A stretch of DNA of 64,000 nucleotides from Bryobacterales bacterium. GTDB lineage: Bacteria; Acidobacteriota; Terriglobia; Bryobacterales; UBA6623. This document shows positions 45,319-55,170 of the stretch, piece after piece. Under the pieces are notes generated by a model that searched no databases, was not told the DNA's origin, and saw nothing but the letters and a program-made list of their open reading frames with translations. The stretch covers positions 2,576,290 to 2,640,289 of the forward strand of contig OZ241991.1 of NCBI GenBank assembly GCA_965204095.1. The letters run 5' to 3'. Position numbers and translations under genes: made by a program. Numbering within the stretch: position 1 is the stretch's first letter; each line of letters begins with the position of its first letter.

Positions 45319-47355
45319 ATGCCCAAACGATCAGTCAAGACCCCACCCCCAGTCGAAGAACGGATCGTCCCCGACGCGGTGATCCGCGAACTCTACGACA
45401 AGATGCTTCACATCTACTACGTCGAAGAGCGCATGAAGGTCTTCGTCAAGCAGGGCAAATGCACTTTCAACGCTCCCACTCGCGGGCACGAGAAGGTCCA
45501 GGCCGGAATCCCGATGCTCCTCAAGCCCGGGCACGACTGGTTCTATACCTATTATCGGGAAAAGGGAGTCGCCGTTTCCCTCGGCATGGACCTCAAGGAC
45601 CTCTTCCTGGGGATGCTCAGCCGCGACGGAGATCCGAACTCCGGCGGCGTCAACATGCCGGAGCAATGGTCGTCCCGTGAACTGAAGCTCGTGTCTCAGA
45701 CCGCTTGTACCGGCTCCCAATATCTCCCCGCCGTCGGCATGGCCAAAGCCTGCAAGGAGAACGCTAAGGGCCAGCTTGTCTACGTATCGTCCGGCGAAGG
45801 CGCAACAAGCGAAGGAGAGTTCTTCGAGGCATTGAACTGGGCTCAGCGCGAAACGCTCCCGGTGCTCTTCGTCGTGCAGAACAACGGCTACGCCATCAGC
45901 GTGCCCCAGGCCAGCCAGACCTCGTCGAAAGTTCATCGTATCGCCGAGGGCTTCGGGATGCGGGCCCATCCGCTCGACGGCACCTGGTTCGAGCCGATGT
46001 ACCAGATCCTGCCCGAAGTCATCCGGAACATTCGCGACGGCAAGGGACCGGCCTTGATCGAGTGCAGCGTGGTTCGCCTGGAATCTCATTCCTCCTCGGA
46101 CGACCAGAAGAAGTACCGTTCCGAGGATGAGTTGGAGGAGATTCTGGAGCGCGATCCCGTCCTGTTGACCGAAAAGTACATCATTCGCCACCAGTTGATG
46201 ACCGAATCCGAGATCGAATCACTGCGGCGCGGCATCAAGGAAAAGGTGGACCAGGCGGCCGAGGATGCCGACAGCCATCCGTTTCCCCGGCATTACGACG
46301 TACTCGAGCATGTCTTCTCTGCAAACTCGCCTGTTTCCGAAGAACCCGACCCCGGCTTCGAGTCCGGCCATAAGGTCAGCATGGTGCAAGCCATCAACAG
46401 GGGCTTGCGGGAAGAGATGGAGCGCAACCCGAAGATCGTGATGTGGGGCGAGGACATCGGAGATCCCAAGGGAGGCGTTTTCGGCGTCACGCGCGGCCTG
46501 GGCGAAGCCTTTCCGGGACGGGTCGTCAATGCGGCTCTGGCCGAAGCGAGCATCGTCGGCATCGCCGGAGGCATGGCTACCGGCGGCTACAAGCCGATCG
46601 TCGAGATCCAGTTCGCTGATTACATCTGGCCCGGCTTCATGCAATTGCGCAACGAGATCGCAAGCATCCGTTGGCGCAGCGACGGAGTCTGGGACTCCGC
46701 GATGGTCGTTCGGGTCGCCGTCGGCGGATACATCAAGGGCGGCCCCTGGCATTCGGCGAATATCGAGTCCTTCTTTGCCCATATCCCGGGCTGGTATATC
46801 GTCTATCCCGCCACCGCCGCCGATGCCAAGGGACTCGTCAAGACGGCCGCGCGAGCCGAAGACCCGGTCCTCTTCCTGGAGCACAAAGGGCTGTATCGCC
46901 GGATGGACGCCCGTACGCCGGAGCCCGGCAGCGATTATCTCGTCCCGTTCGGCAAGGCGCGCGTGATCAACGAGGGCTCCGATCTGACGATCGTCTCCTG
47001 GGGAACGGCTGCTCATCTGTCCAAGCGGGTTGCCGAGCAGTTTGCAGAGGAAGGGTCGGCATCCGTGGAAGTGATCGACTTGAGAACGCTCATCCCCTGG
47101 GATCAGGAGTGCGTTTTCGAGAGCATCCGGAAATCCAGCCGCGTGCTCATTGCCCACGAGGACACCCTGACGATGGGCTTCGGCGCCGAAGTGGCCGCCA
47201 GGGTGGCGGATGAATGCTTCGACTCGCTCGATGCTCCCGTGGGCCGCGTCGGAGCCAAGGATTGCTTCATCCCCTCGGCCGCCAACCTCGAGCTCGAAGT
47301 GCTGCCTTCGGTGGAAACCATTCGCGCCGCAGCGGAAAGAATCTTGGCTTACTGA
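45319..47355 (+). CDS. 2-oxoacid dehydrogenase E1 component, fused alpha and beta subunits (TPP-dependent)
   Basis: The product is 678 aa. The N-terminal half is E1-alpha-like (GEGATSEGEFFEALN). The C-terminal half is transketolase-pyrimidine/C-terminal-like (VMWGEDIG..GVF..T..L). Confidence 0.85.
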   Translation: MPKRSVKTPPPVEERIVPDAVIRELYDKMLHIYYVEERMKVFVKQGKCTFNAPTRGHEKVQAGIPMLLKPGHDWFYTYYREKGVAVSLGMDLKDLFLGMLSRDGDPNSGGVNMPEQWSSRELKLVSQTACTGSQYLPAVGMAKACKENAKGQLVYVSSGEGATSEGEFFEALNWAQRETLPVLFVVQNNGYAISVPQASQTSSKVHRIAEGFGMRAHPLDGTWFEPMYQILPEVIRNIRDGKGPALIECSVVRLESHSSSDDQKKYRSEDELEEILERDPVLLTEKYIIRHQLMTESEIESLRRGIKEKVDQAAEDADSHPFPRHYDVLEHVFSANSPVSEEPDPGFESGHKVSMVQAINRGLREEMERNPKIVMWGEDIGDPKGGVFGVTRGLGEAFPGRVVNAALAEASIVGIAGGMATGGYKPIVEIQFADYIWPGFMQLRNEIASIRWRSDGVWDSAMVVRVAVGGYIKGGPWHSANIESFFAHIPGWYIVYPATAADAKGLVKTAARAEDPVLFLEHKGLYRRMDARTPEPGSDYLVPFGKARVINEGSDLTIVSWGTAAHLSKRVAEQFAEEGSASVEVIDLRTLIPWDQECVFESIRKSSRVLIAHEDTLTMGFGAEVAARVADECFDSLDAPVGRVGAKDCFIPSAANLELEVLPSVETIRAAAERILAY

Positions 47356-47443
47356 CCCGAGACATCCTCCTCCTCAAGCGGCATTGACACCAGCCCGAAG
47401 GGTTCCTCTTACAGGTTCCACACCCTGGCGGAGAAAAAGTTTT

Positions 47444-47493
47444 ACTAAAAACCAAAAACCGAAAACTGAAAACTGAAAACTGAAAAAACTGCC
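47444..47493. repeat. AAAACTG/CTAAAAA heptamer tandem array
   Basis: The sequence is actaaaaaccaaaaaccgaaaactgaaaactgaaaactgaaaaaactgcc. It lies between convergent genes. Confidence 0.9.
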
Positions 47494-47508
47494 CTAACGG
47501 TCCGCCGG

Positions 47509-48480
47509 CTATTGAGTCACCAGTACCGGCCCGGCGCCCGAAGCCGCGGCGTACCGCGAACGCGAGACCGGCATGAAGAGCGACCGCTGGACCGGCTCGG
47601 TCTTTGCGATGGCATGCAGCTCGGGGTAGTGGGCCAGGAGTTCCAGCGGGGCTTCCACCGGCTCTTCGTTCGTCATCTCGATCAGATCGAGCGCGTTGAC
47701 GACCGCCTTGTCCTGAAAGTGATTGCTGGTGACGACGTAGGTTCTGCGGGCCTGTCCGGCGATCTGGTCGATGCGCGTTTTCCACTTCGCCAACTGCTTG
47801 CGGGAATAGAGATAGTTGGAGCGGGCATCCACCCGCCGTATGCCGCTGCGGCCGTTGGCGTCGCTGTCGTGGCGGAGCCACTCCTGATAGTTGCGGCCGT
47901 GGAACCGCACGTAGCCGACTGGCGAAGTGACGTGGGCCGTTGGCGGCAGGCAGTGGTCCATTTGGGGTTGGTCGATGTTGCAGAAGCCGATCCGTTGATC
48001 GATCAGCAGATCGAGCGAGGGATGCGAGTTCCAACTCGAATGCCGGAACTCGGCGACGAGAGGGAAATGTCCGAAAGCCCGCTTCAGCCGAACAACGTAA
48101 TCGCAGTTTTCCTTGTTGAGTCGAAACGCCCAGGGGAACTGCATCAGCAGACAACCAAGCCGCCCCGTCTCGGCCAGAGGGGCGATGCCGTCGCTGAACT
48201 GCTTCACCTCGCCGCGCAGGAGCGTGCGCTCGTGAGTAAAGCCGCGGTACAGCTTGACCGTGAACTGGAAATCGCGGCGATGCTCGACCTTGCGGACCCA
48301 CAACCGCGCCAGCTCCGGCCGCAGCGGGCGGTAGAACGAGGTGTTGATTTCAATCAGCGGGAAGTAGCTGGCGAGATACGACGCTTCGTGAAATCCGGCG
48401 GGACGCAACCGGGGGTAGACGACGCCGTTCCAATCCTTGTACGACCAACCGGCCGGTCCTACTCGAAGGTTTGCCTGCAT
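47509..48480 (-). CDS. DUF72 (YecE-like) family protein
   Basis: The N-terminus is MQANLRVGPAGWSYKDWNGVVYP..., followed by EINTSFY. I chose the start at the conserved Met (48480). Confidence 0.75.
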   Translation of the reverse strand: MQANLRVGPAGWSYKDWNGVVYPRLRPAGFHEASYLASYFPLIEINTSFYRPLRPELARLWVRKVEHRRDFQFTVKLYRGFTHERTLLRGEVKQFSDGIAPLAETGRLGCLLMQFPWAFRLNKENCDYVVRLKRAFGHFPLVAEFRHSSWNSHPSLDLLIDQRIGFCNIDQPQMDHCLPPTAHVTSPVGYVRFHGRNYQEWLRHDSDANGRSGIRRVDARSNYLYSRKQLAKWKTRIDQIAGQARRTYVVTSNHFQDKAVVNALDLIEMTNEEPVEAPLELLAHYPELHAIAKTEPVQRSLFMPVSRSRYAAASGAGPVLVTQ

Positions 48481-48592
48481 CGGAATCTCTCTTTCTGCGT
48501 TTTTTATTCGCTTTTTATTCGATTCTACTGCGAAGGCCGTCAAGTGTCAAGGGTTGTGTCGGAACAGTGCGGTTTTTGGCGGACTCGACCGG

Positions 48593-48840
48593 CCTGCATC
48601 TCTCGCCGCGTGGCGAGCCGATGTGCGTGAGAGGACCGTCAGCACGAGGCGCGAGCCGCTCGGCGAGCAGGTGTAGCGGCCAGATCGCCTCCTTCACTCC
48701 TCGGGCCGTGAAACACGAAATAAGGCTTTCCCGAGACACGGCCATAACGCAAGCTGCCTTAGAGCAACGGCAGTACCACTTGCTTGGGTTTTTGGGTCAC
48801 GAATCACGAGACACGAAACACGAATCACGGCTTTTATAAG
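48593..48840. repeat. Composite repeat: left arm of the palindromic element fused to a CACGA-heptamer module
   Basis: The sequence runs cctgcatctctcgccgcgtggcgagccgatgtgcgtgagaggaccgtcagcacgaggcgcg ... ggtcacgaatcacgagacacgaaacacgaatcacggc. Confidence 0.8.
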
Positions 48841-48856
48841 ATTTGCGGGCTAAGAT

Positions 48857-50230
48857 GTGATGGCCCTCATGACCGCGCAGCAAGTCCGAGATCCCTATGC
48901 GTTGACATCGGCGGATGTCGAGAACCCGCCTCGCTCGCTGGCGAACCTGATTCGCAAGCTCGGTCCCGGCATCATCCTGGCCGGATCGATCGTCGGGTCC
49001 GGCGAGTTGATCGCTACGACCGTCCTCGGAGCGGAGAACGGCTACACGCTGCTGTGGCTGATCGTCGTGAGCTGTGTGATCAAGAACATCATCCAGAACG
49101 AGCTCGGGCGTTACGCGATCGGAACCGGGGAGACCACTCTCGAGGCCTTCGATCGGATTCCCGGACCTCGCTTGGGCATCTCCTGGGTCGTGTGGCTCTG
49201 GGTGCTCATGATCGCCGGGACGGTGCTTACGATCGGAGCCATGCTGGGCGCGATCGGTGAAGTTCTGAACATGCTCGTTCCGGCCGTCCCGATCAACGTC
49301 TGGACCTGGCTGATCGCCGCTGTGAGCGTGATGATTCTTCTCGTTGGCGAATACGGACTGATCGAGAAGATCTCCATGGTTCTCGTTTCCTACTTCACGC
49401 TGATGACCGTGCTTGCGGGAGCGATGCTCGTCACGCAACCCGAGTATTTCTCGTGGGGCCGCGTGCTCGAAGGGTTCACGTTTCAGAGACCCACCGGGGG
49501 GCTGTTGACGGCGGTGGCGGCGTTCGGCATCACGGGCGCGGGCTCCGTCGAGTTGTTCATGTACCCCTACTGGTGCATCGAGAAGGGCTATGCGCGCTTC
49601 GCCGGACCCAGGGACGATTCGACGGTTTGGCGAGATCGGGCGCGGGGATGGATTCGGGTGATGGGCGTGGACATCATCAGCTCGATGGCGCTCTATACCG
49701 TGAGCACCGTCGCTTTCTATCTGCTCGGCGCGGGAGTCCTGTTCGGAGCGGGGATCGTGCCCGAGGGTTCGGAGATGATCCGGTCGCTATCGACGATGTA
49801 TACCGAAACCCTCGGCGATTGGACGCAGCCGCTGTTCCTGCTGGGGGCGGTGATCATTCTCTATTCGAGCGTCTTCGCCGCCGCGGCGGCCCACCCGAGA
49901 ATGCTTGCGGACGTGGCGGGGATGCTTGGGCTCTATGACAAGCACGACTATCGCCGCCGGTTGCGGGTCACTCATGTCTTCGTCGTGATCTATCTGATCC
50001 TTCCGGCGGTCTGCTACCTCTTCGTGGGCGAGCCCGTGATCATGGTCAAGCTCGGCGGAACAGCGGAAGCCCTGTTGCTGCCGGTCGTCGGGTTCTCGAC
50101 GATCTACCTGCGCTATCGACACCTTCCCAAGGCGATCCTCCCCAAAGGCTGGCTCACCCTCGGGCTGTGGGTGACGTCAGTCGTCATGGCCTTCATGATG
50201 GCCTACGCGATCGTCGTTCCGCTGTTGTAG
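48857..50230 (+). CDS. Nramp-family divalent metal transporter
   Basis: It has ~11 TM helices and the N-terminal motif LGPGIILAGSIVGSGELIATT. The start is ambiguous (GTG 48857, ATG 48860 or ATG 48869). Confidence 0.8.
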   Translation: MMALMTAQQVRDPYALTSADVENPPRSLANLIRKLGPGIILAGSIVGSGELIATTVLGAENGYTLLWLIVVSCVIKNIIQNELGRYAIGTGETTLEAFDRIPGPRLGISWVVWLWVLMIAGTVLTIGAMLGAIGEVLNMLVPAVPINVWTWLIAAVSVMILLVGEYGLIEKISMVLVSYFTLMTVLAGAMLVTQPEYFSWGRVLEGFTFQRPTGGLLTAVAAFGITGAGSVELFMYPYWCIEKGYARFAGPRDDSTVWRDRARGWIRVMGVDIISSMALYTVSTVAFYLLGAGVLFGAGIVPEGSEMIRSLSTMYTETLGDWTQPLFLLGAVIILYSSVFAAAAAHPRMLADVAGMLGLYDKHDYRRRLRVTHVFVVIYLILPAVCYLFVGEPVIMVKLGGTAEALLLPVVGFSTIYLRYRHLPKAILPKGWLTLGLWVTSVVMAFMMAYAIVVPLL

Positions 50231-50302
50231 GCCCCAGGGGCGGAACGGCGGCCAACCCCTGCCAGCCCCGCGTTCGATGCAGGTTAATGCTCGCTTGCCG
50301 GG

Positions 50303-50509
50303 TTATGCGTTCACTTTCGGTTGATGCTCGAAGGCGAAATCCCGGATGTTGGCGCTCTCCGCTGCATGCTCAATCGTCATCGAGACCAGGTTTCCCTTTT
50401 CGTCCAGATCCAGGTAGATGTTCTCGGACACCTCTCGGGTCTCGGCGACCAACTCCGAGGTGAACTCGATCAGTGCGGTGTCGGTATCTTCAAAGTAATT
50501 GATCTTCAT
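50303..50509 (-). CDS. DUF2283 family small protein
   Basis: The product is 68 aa: MKINYFEDTDTALIEF....NIYLDLDEKGNLVSMTIEHA, the typical DUF2283 pattern. It lies in a low-GC patch. Confidence 0.7.
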   Translation of the reverse strand: MKINYFEDTDTALIEFTSELVAETREVSENIYLDLDEKGNLVSMTIEHAAESANIRDFAFEHQPKVNA

Positions 50510-50599
50510 TCTCTTCCCTTTCTCGGATACCTCCGATCGAAGAATGCATTGTGAACCGTTTCCCCATCTGCAAGCAGAATGACGCGCAGACAGGTGTCG

Positions 50600-50911
50600 T
50601 CAGGCTGCGTAGATCGTCTCAGCAGAATTGAGAATGGACTTTCGGCGGATATAGTTCCGGCTGTTCTCGACTCCCCTCCAAGTCACAAGATCGACTTGAC
50701 GTCCGAATATCTCCTGCAACTCTTCCTCCATGTGGACCATGTCAAACAGCGTATGCCGGGCTTCCTCCTCGAACTACACCAGCACGCCCACGTCGCTGTC
50801 CGGTCCGAAGTCGTCCCGCAGCACGGAACCGAACAACGCCAGTTCCGTGACCTGCCAGCGTTTGCAAAAAGCAGCAAGCTGATCCTTTCGAATAGACACC
50901 TGCGGATTCAT
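50600..50911 (-). pseudogene. MNT-type nucleotidyltransferase (HEPN/MNT module antitoxin-like) with an in-frame TAG
   Basis: My own translation is MNPQVSIRKDQLAAFCKRWQVTELALFGSVLRDDFGPDSDVGVLV*FEEEARHTLFDMVHMEEELQEIFGRQVDLV.. It carries the GS..R and D.D motifs. The stop at 50774-50776 falls where Glu is expected. No HEPN partner follows. Confidence 0.7.
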
Positions 50912-51030
50912 GGTGTTGTCACCTTCATCTCGGGCAACTGATCCCGGATTCGACGATACAGTATCTGGCCTTTAGTCTTCTTCCAATCTACAGACCGGAA
51001 ACGCCTCCCACCTGCACATCGCTACAACTA

Positions 51031-51264
51031 CGCCAACGATTCCAGATGCCGCCGGGCCCGATTGATCTCAACCGGCACCTTCCCGGCCGTCGGCAGGATC
51101 GGGATGCCGCGCGGATACGGGTGCATGAAGATCGAGACGAAGCCTCGCTAGCCGGTCTGCTTCAGCGCTTTAACGATCGGGCCGAAATCCAGCGGCCCTC
51201 TGCCGGCTGCCGGGCATTTGGAGCAATTCGTCTGGCTTCGAAAGCTTGCCGGAACTCTTGCCGT
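51031..51264 (-). pseudogene. Duplicated 3'-terminal fragment of the TIM-barrel isomerase gene
   Basis: It aligns to 51489-51722 with scattered substitutions, an in-frame tag and a 7-nt insertion (ggctgcc). It ends exactly at the palindromic element 51265. Confidence 0.8.
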
Positions 51265-51478
51265 CTAGCCTGCATTTCTCACCATGCGGCGAGGTGAAGT
51301 GCGTGAGAGGGCTGTCAGGGCGAGGCGCGCGCCGCTTGGCGCGCACAGGCGTACTTGACAGTACGTCGAGCACGGCAAGCAAGCGCAACGAAGTCCTGGC
51401 GGTCGTATCGTGTGCTTCGACCGTCGGGTGGTGAGAAATGCAGGTCAGTCCTGACCAAAAACTGAAAACTCAAAACTG
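51265..51478. repeat. MITE-like palindromic element (51265-51444) followed by a short AAAACT heptamer array (51456-51478)
   Basis: The element runs ctagcctgcatttctcaccatgcggcgaggtgaagtgcgtgagagggctgtcagg...gggtggtgagaaatgcagg. It is followed by aaaaactgaaaactcaaaactgg. Confidence 0.85.
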
Positions 51479-52411
51479 GCTCCCCATCTCCGCCAACGAT
51501 TCCAGATGCCCCCGAGCCCGATTGATCTCAGCCGACACCATCCCGGCCGTCGGCAGGATCGGGATGCCGCGCGGATAGGGGTGCATGAAGATCGAGACGA
51601 AGCCTCGATAGCCGGTCTGCTTCAGTGCTTGGACGATCGGGCGGAAGTCCAGCGGCCCTCTGCCGGGCATTTGGAGCAATTCGTCCTGCTTCGACAGCTT
51701 GCCGGAACCCTTGCCGTGCTGCCAAGCGTAGAACATCGCCATGCGGTCGCCCAAGTCGCGAATCAGTCCCGCGATCAAACCCGGATTCTGCGGCAGGTGG
51801 TAAGGCGCCAGGGCGATCCCCAGGTGCTTTGACGGAACAAACTCGACCAGCCGCTTCACGGCGTCCGGAGAATCGATCAGGTTGTTCCCGTGATTCTCGA
51901 TACCGATCGTCACGCCGGCCTGCTCGGCGGCGTCGACATGCGGCTTGAGCCGTGCGGCGAATTCCTGGACGGCCGCCCTCAATTCCGCGCCGCTGAGGCC
52001 CTTTGGCCCCCTCCCGCCGCAGATCAACAGTTCCGCCCCGAACTTGCGGGCGACCGCCATTTCCGCTTGCAGTCCGAACGGTCCGAGGTCGTAGTGCGTC
52101 AGCACCCCGAGCTTGACTTGATGGCGCGCGAGCAGAGCCGCAAAGGCGTCGTGCCCCATGACCTCCATCTGCTCGCGTTGGTTGCCGTGGACGCGCGGCC
52201 AGATGTCGATATGCTCGGCGCCGGTCTTGCGGACCTCCGGGACGATGCTCTCGACCGGCATCGTCCCGTACATGCAGGAGGAGAGCACATACCGGAACCC
52301 GCCCGGCGAGTTTGCCCGCAAGCCTCCACCCAAGCCGGCAACCGCTCCGGCAAGACAGCAAGCGAACCGCCTTCGATTCACGGGATTTACAGTCGTTAAG
52401 CGATGCTCCAT
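51470..52411 (-). CDS. Xylose isomerase-like TIM-barrel protein (sugar phosphate isomerase/epimerase) with a TAT-type signal
   Basis: The N-terminus is MEHRLTTVNPVNRRRFACCLAGAVAGLGGG. The motif GIENHG is typical of the AP_endonuc_2 fold. The stop codon lies inside the heptamer array. Confidence 0.8.
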   Translation of the reverse strand: MEHRLTTVNPVNRRRFACCLAGAVAGLGGGLRANSPGGFRYVLSSCMYGTMPVESIVPEVRKTGAEHIDIWPRVHGNQREQMEVMGHDAFAALLARHQVKLGVLTHYDLGPFGLQAEMAVARKFGAELLICGGRGPKGLSGAELRAAVQEFAARLKPHVDAAEQAGVTIGIENHGNNLIDSPDAVKRLVEFVPSKHLGIALAPYHLPQNPGLIAGLIRDLGDRMAMFYAWQHGKGSGKLSKQDELLQMPGRGPLDFRPIVQALKQTGYRGFVSIFMHPYPRGIPILPTAGMVSAEINRARGHLESLAEMGSQF

Positions 52412-52497
52412 GAAGGTTTTCACGAATCACGGCCTTATGGCCTGTAAGGTTTTTCACTAAAAACTAACAACCAAAAACTAAAAACTATCCACTATTT
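52412..52497. repeat. Short CACGA module plus a CTAAAAA/CTATCCA heptamer array
   Basis: The sequence is ggttttcacgaatcacggcc...ggtttttcactaaaaactaacaaccaaaaactaaaaactatccactat. Confidence 0.85.
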
Positions 52498-52504
52498 ACA
52501 GCCT

Positions 52505-53212
52505 TTACTCCCGCCACAGGGCGATGCCGCCGAGCAGGCCCGCGATGTTCGGCGCGATCTGGACATTGTTCGGCAGCTCGAACTCGATCTTGCGCGCGTT
52601 CCCGCCGCCCAGATAGAGCATCCGGTAACTGAAAACCCGCTCCCAGACCTTGATGGCTTTCTTCAGCCGCTGATTCCACTTCTCCTTTCCGGCTTTCTTC
52701 ATGGCGGCGTTGCCCAGGCACTCCTCGTAGGTGCGGCCCTTCGAGAAGGGGTGATGACCGAACTCGAGATTCGGCACGGAATGGCCGTCGACATAGAGGG
52801 CCGTACCGATACCGGTCCCCAGTGTGATGACCAGTTCCACGCCCTTACCCTCAATCACGCCCAGGCCCTGCACGTCCGCGTCGTTCGCCACGCGGACCGG
52901 CTTCTCCGTCATGTCCTCCAGGGCCTTGACGATGTTGAACCCGTCCCAGGCGGGGCCGAGGTTCACCGCCTGATGGACCACGCCGTCGACCACGATTCCG
53001 GGAAATCCGACCGAAATCCTGTCGAACTCCCCCTGGGTGGCGATTTGCTGGCCCAGCACGGCAAGCACCTTGTCGGGGGTGCGATTCTTCGGCGTCGGCT
53101 CCCGCGATCGTTCCGTGATCGGGTGCCCTTCTCCGTCCAGGACGATCATCTTCAGTCCCGAGCCGCCGATGTCGATGGCCAACGTGCGGATACCGGAGGA
53201 ATCCTTCGCCAT
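52505..53212 (-). CDS. ROK-family glucokinase (polyphosphate glucokinase-like)
   Basis: It has LAIDIGGSGLK, GFPG.V, ANDADVQG and GTGIG motifs. The size (235 aa) fits PpgK-like enzymes. Confidence 0.75.
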   Translation of the reverse strand: MAKDSSGIRTLAIDIGGSGLKMIVLDGEGHPITERSREPTPKNRTPDKVLAVLGQQIATQGEFDRISVGFPGIVVDGVVHQAVNLGPAWDGFNIVKALEDMTEKPVRVANDADVQGLGVIEGKGVELVITLGTGIGTALYVDGHSVPNLEFGHHPFSKGRTYEECLGNAAMKKAGKEKWNQRLKKAIKVWERVFSYRMLYLGGGNARKIEFELPNNVQIAPNIAGLLGGIALWRE

Positions 53213-53245
53213 GGTTGGAGTCTACCAGTCCGTAGTGAAACCCCG

Positions 53246-53538
53246 CGTAGCGGCGAGGCGAAGTGGGTGAGAGGGCCGTCAGGACTAGGCGCAAGCCGGG
53301 CGGAGGAAAAAGGCGCGAGCCGCTTAGCGCGCGCAGGCGTACTTGAACCGTACGTTGAGCACGGCAAGCAAGCGCAACGAAGTCCTGGCGGTCGTATCGC
53401 GTGCTCCGGCCGTCAGGCATTCCTTCTGGGGCGAATCCGGTCGCCGCAAATGGCTTTTCACGAATCACGAGTTACGAAACACGAATCACGGCTTTTGTGT
53501 TTTTCACAAAAAACTAAAAACCAAAAACTAAAAACTGC
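53246..53538. repeat. Composite repeat: palindromic-element interior without termini, then a CACGA module, then a CTAAAAA array
   Basis: The sequence runs ggcgaggcgaagtgggtgagagggccgtcaggac...cacgaatcacgagttacgaaacacgaatcacggc..cacaaaaaactaaaaaccaaaaactaaaaactgcccacggcc. Confidence 0.85.
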
Positions 53539-53597
53539 CCACGGCCTTTCCCCCGCCCCCGGCGAAGCACCCGCGATATTCTGGATGGGACGACGCA

Positions 53598-55139
53598 ATG
53601 TCTCTTGCCATGGATGAACAGCTTGCAACGCCTCGGCTCACGCGCCGCGATTTGCTGGCGGCGGCCTCTTGGGGCGCCGCCGCCTTCGCCTGCTCGACGC
53701 CCTCGGGAAACAAGAAACCCAACATCCTCATGCTGATGTCCGATCAGCATCGCGGCGACTGCGTCGGCGCGGACGGCAACCGGGCCGTCTCCACGCCTCA
53801 TCTGGACCAGCTCGCGGCCGAGGGAGCCCTGTTTCGACACGCCTACTCGTCCACGCCGAGTTGCACGCCGGCGCGCGCGGCGTTGCTCACCGGGCAGTCG
53901 CCTTGGCGTCACGGAATGCTCGGCTACGGCCGTGTCGCCGAACGTTACCCGGTCGAGAAGCCCCGCGCCCTTCGTCAGGCCGGCTACTACACGGCCGGCA
54001 TCGGCAAGATGCACTGGCACCCGCAGCGCAACCCGCATGGGTTTCATAGCGTGCAGCTCGATGAGTCGGGCCGTGTCCAGTCCCCCGGTTTCGTCAGCGA
54101 TTACCGCCGGTGGTTCGCACAAGAGGCGCCCGATCTCGATCCCGACGCCACCGGCATCGGCTGGAACGACTACCGCGCAAAGGCGTACGTATTGCCCGAA
54201 CGTCTCCACCCCACGACTTGGACCGCCGACCGCGCAGTCGAGTTTCTGCAGGAATATCGCCGTCCCGAGCCCTTCTTTCTCAAGGTTTCCTTTGCGCGCC
54301 CGCACAGTCCTTACGATCCGCCGCAACGTTTCATGGATCGCTACGCCGAGGTTGCCCTGCCCGAGGCCGCGGTCGGCGGCTGGGCCGGGCGCTACCGTGA
54401 ACGCAACAACGACAGCTTCAGCATCTGGCATGGGGATCTCGGGCCGGAACAGGTTCGCCGCTCGCGTCAGGGCTACTACGGTTCCGTCAGCTTCATCGAT
54501 GAGCAGATCGGCCGGATTCTCGAGACCTTGGAGCAGCGCGGCGTGTTGGACGAAACGCTCATCCTGTATTTCTCCGACCATGGCGACATGACCGGCGACC
54601 ACCACATGTGGCGGAAGTGCTTCGCTTACGAGGCTTCCGCGCGCATTCCGATGATCGTCCGTTGGCCTGCCGGGCTCGTCGCGGCTGAACGCGGACAGAG
54701 GATCGACCGGCCCGTCGAGATCCGCGATGTCCTGCCGACGCTGCTCGACGCCGCCGGTCAGGGTGAGCGCGAGGACATGGACGGCCGCAGCATGCTGAGC
54801 TTGCTTCGAGACAAAGAAGCCTCCTGGCGGGAGTTCATCGACCTGGAGCACAGCATTTGCTACAGCCCCAGGAACCACTGGACGGCGCTGACCGATGGCC
54901 GCACGAAGTACATCTTTCATGCCCTCGATGGCGAAGAGCAGCTCTTCGACCTGGTATCCGACCCCCACGAACGGCAAGACATGGCCGGCGACAGCAGCCG
55001 CGAGAACCTGCTCCGGCTCTGGCGCAACCGCATGATCGATCACCTCGCGGAGCGCGCCGAGCCTTTTGTCAAGGGCGGCAAGCTGATCACCCGCCCCGAA
55101 CGGTTCCTCTATTCACCTAACTACCCGCAGCCGTCCTGA
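53598..55139 (+). CDS. Sulfatase (arylsulfatase family) with a TAT-type signal
   Basis: It has the signal RRDLLAAASWGAAAFA, the formylglycine motif CTPARAALLTG, and LMSDQHR. Confidence 0.9.
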   Translation: MSLAMDEQLATPRLTRRDLLAAASWGAAAFACSTPSGNKKPNILMLMSDQHRGDCVGADGNRAVSTPHLDQLAAEGALFRHAYSSTPSCTPARAALLTGQSPWRHGMLGYGRVAERYPVEKPRALRQAGYYTAGIGKMHWHPQRNPHGFHSVQLDESGRVQSPGFVSDYRRWFAQEAPDLDPDATGIGWNDYRAKAYVLPERLHPTTWTADRAVEFLQEYRRPEPFFLKVSFARPHSPYDPPQRFMDRYAEVALPEAAVGGWAGRYRERNNDSFSIWHGDLGPEQVRRSRQGYYGSVSFIDEQIGRILETLEQRGVLDETLILYFSDHGDMTGDHHMWRKCFAYEASARIPMIVRWPAGLVAAERGQRIDRPVEIRDVLPTLLDAAGQGEREDMDGRSMLSLLRDKEASWREFIDLEHSICYSPRNHWTALTDGRTKYIFHALDGEEQLFDLVSDPHERQDMAGDSSRENLLRLWRNRMIDHLAERAEPFVKGGKLITRPERFLYSPNYPQPS

Positions 55140-55170
55140 TCGGCGAGGCAAAAGCCGCCCGCGCCAGCAA

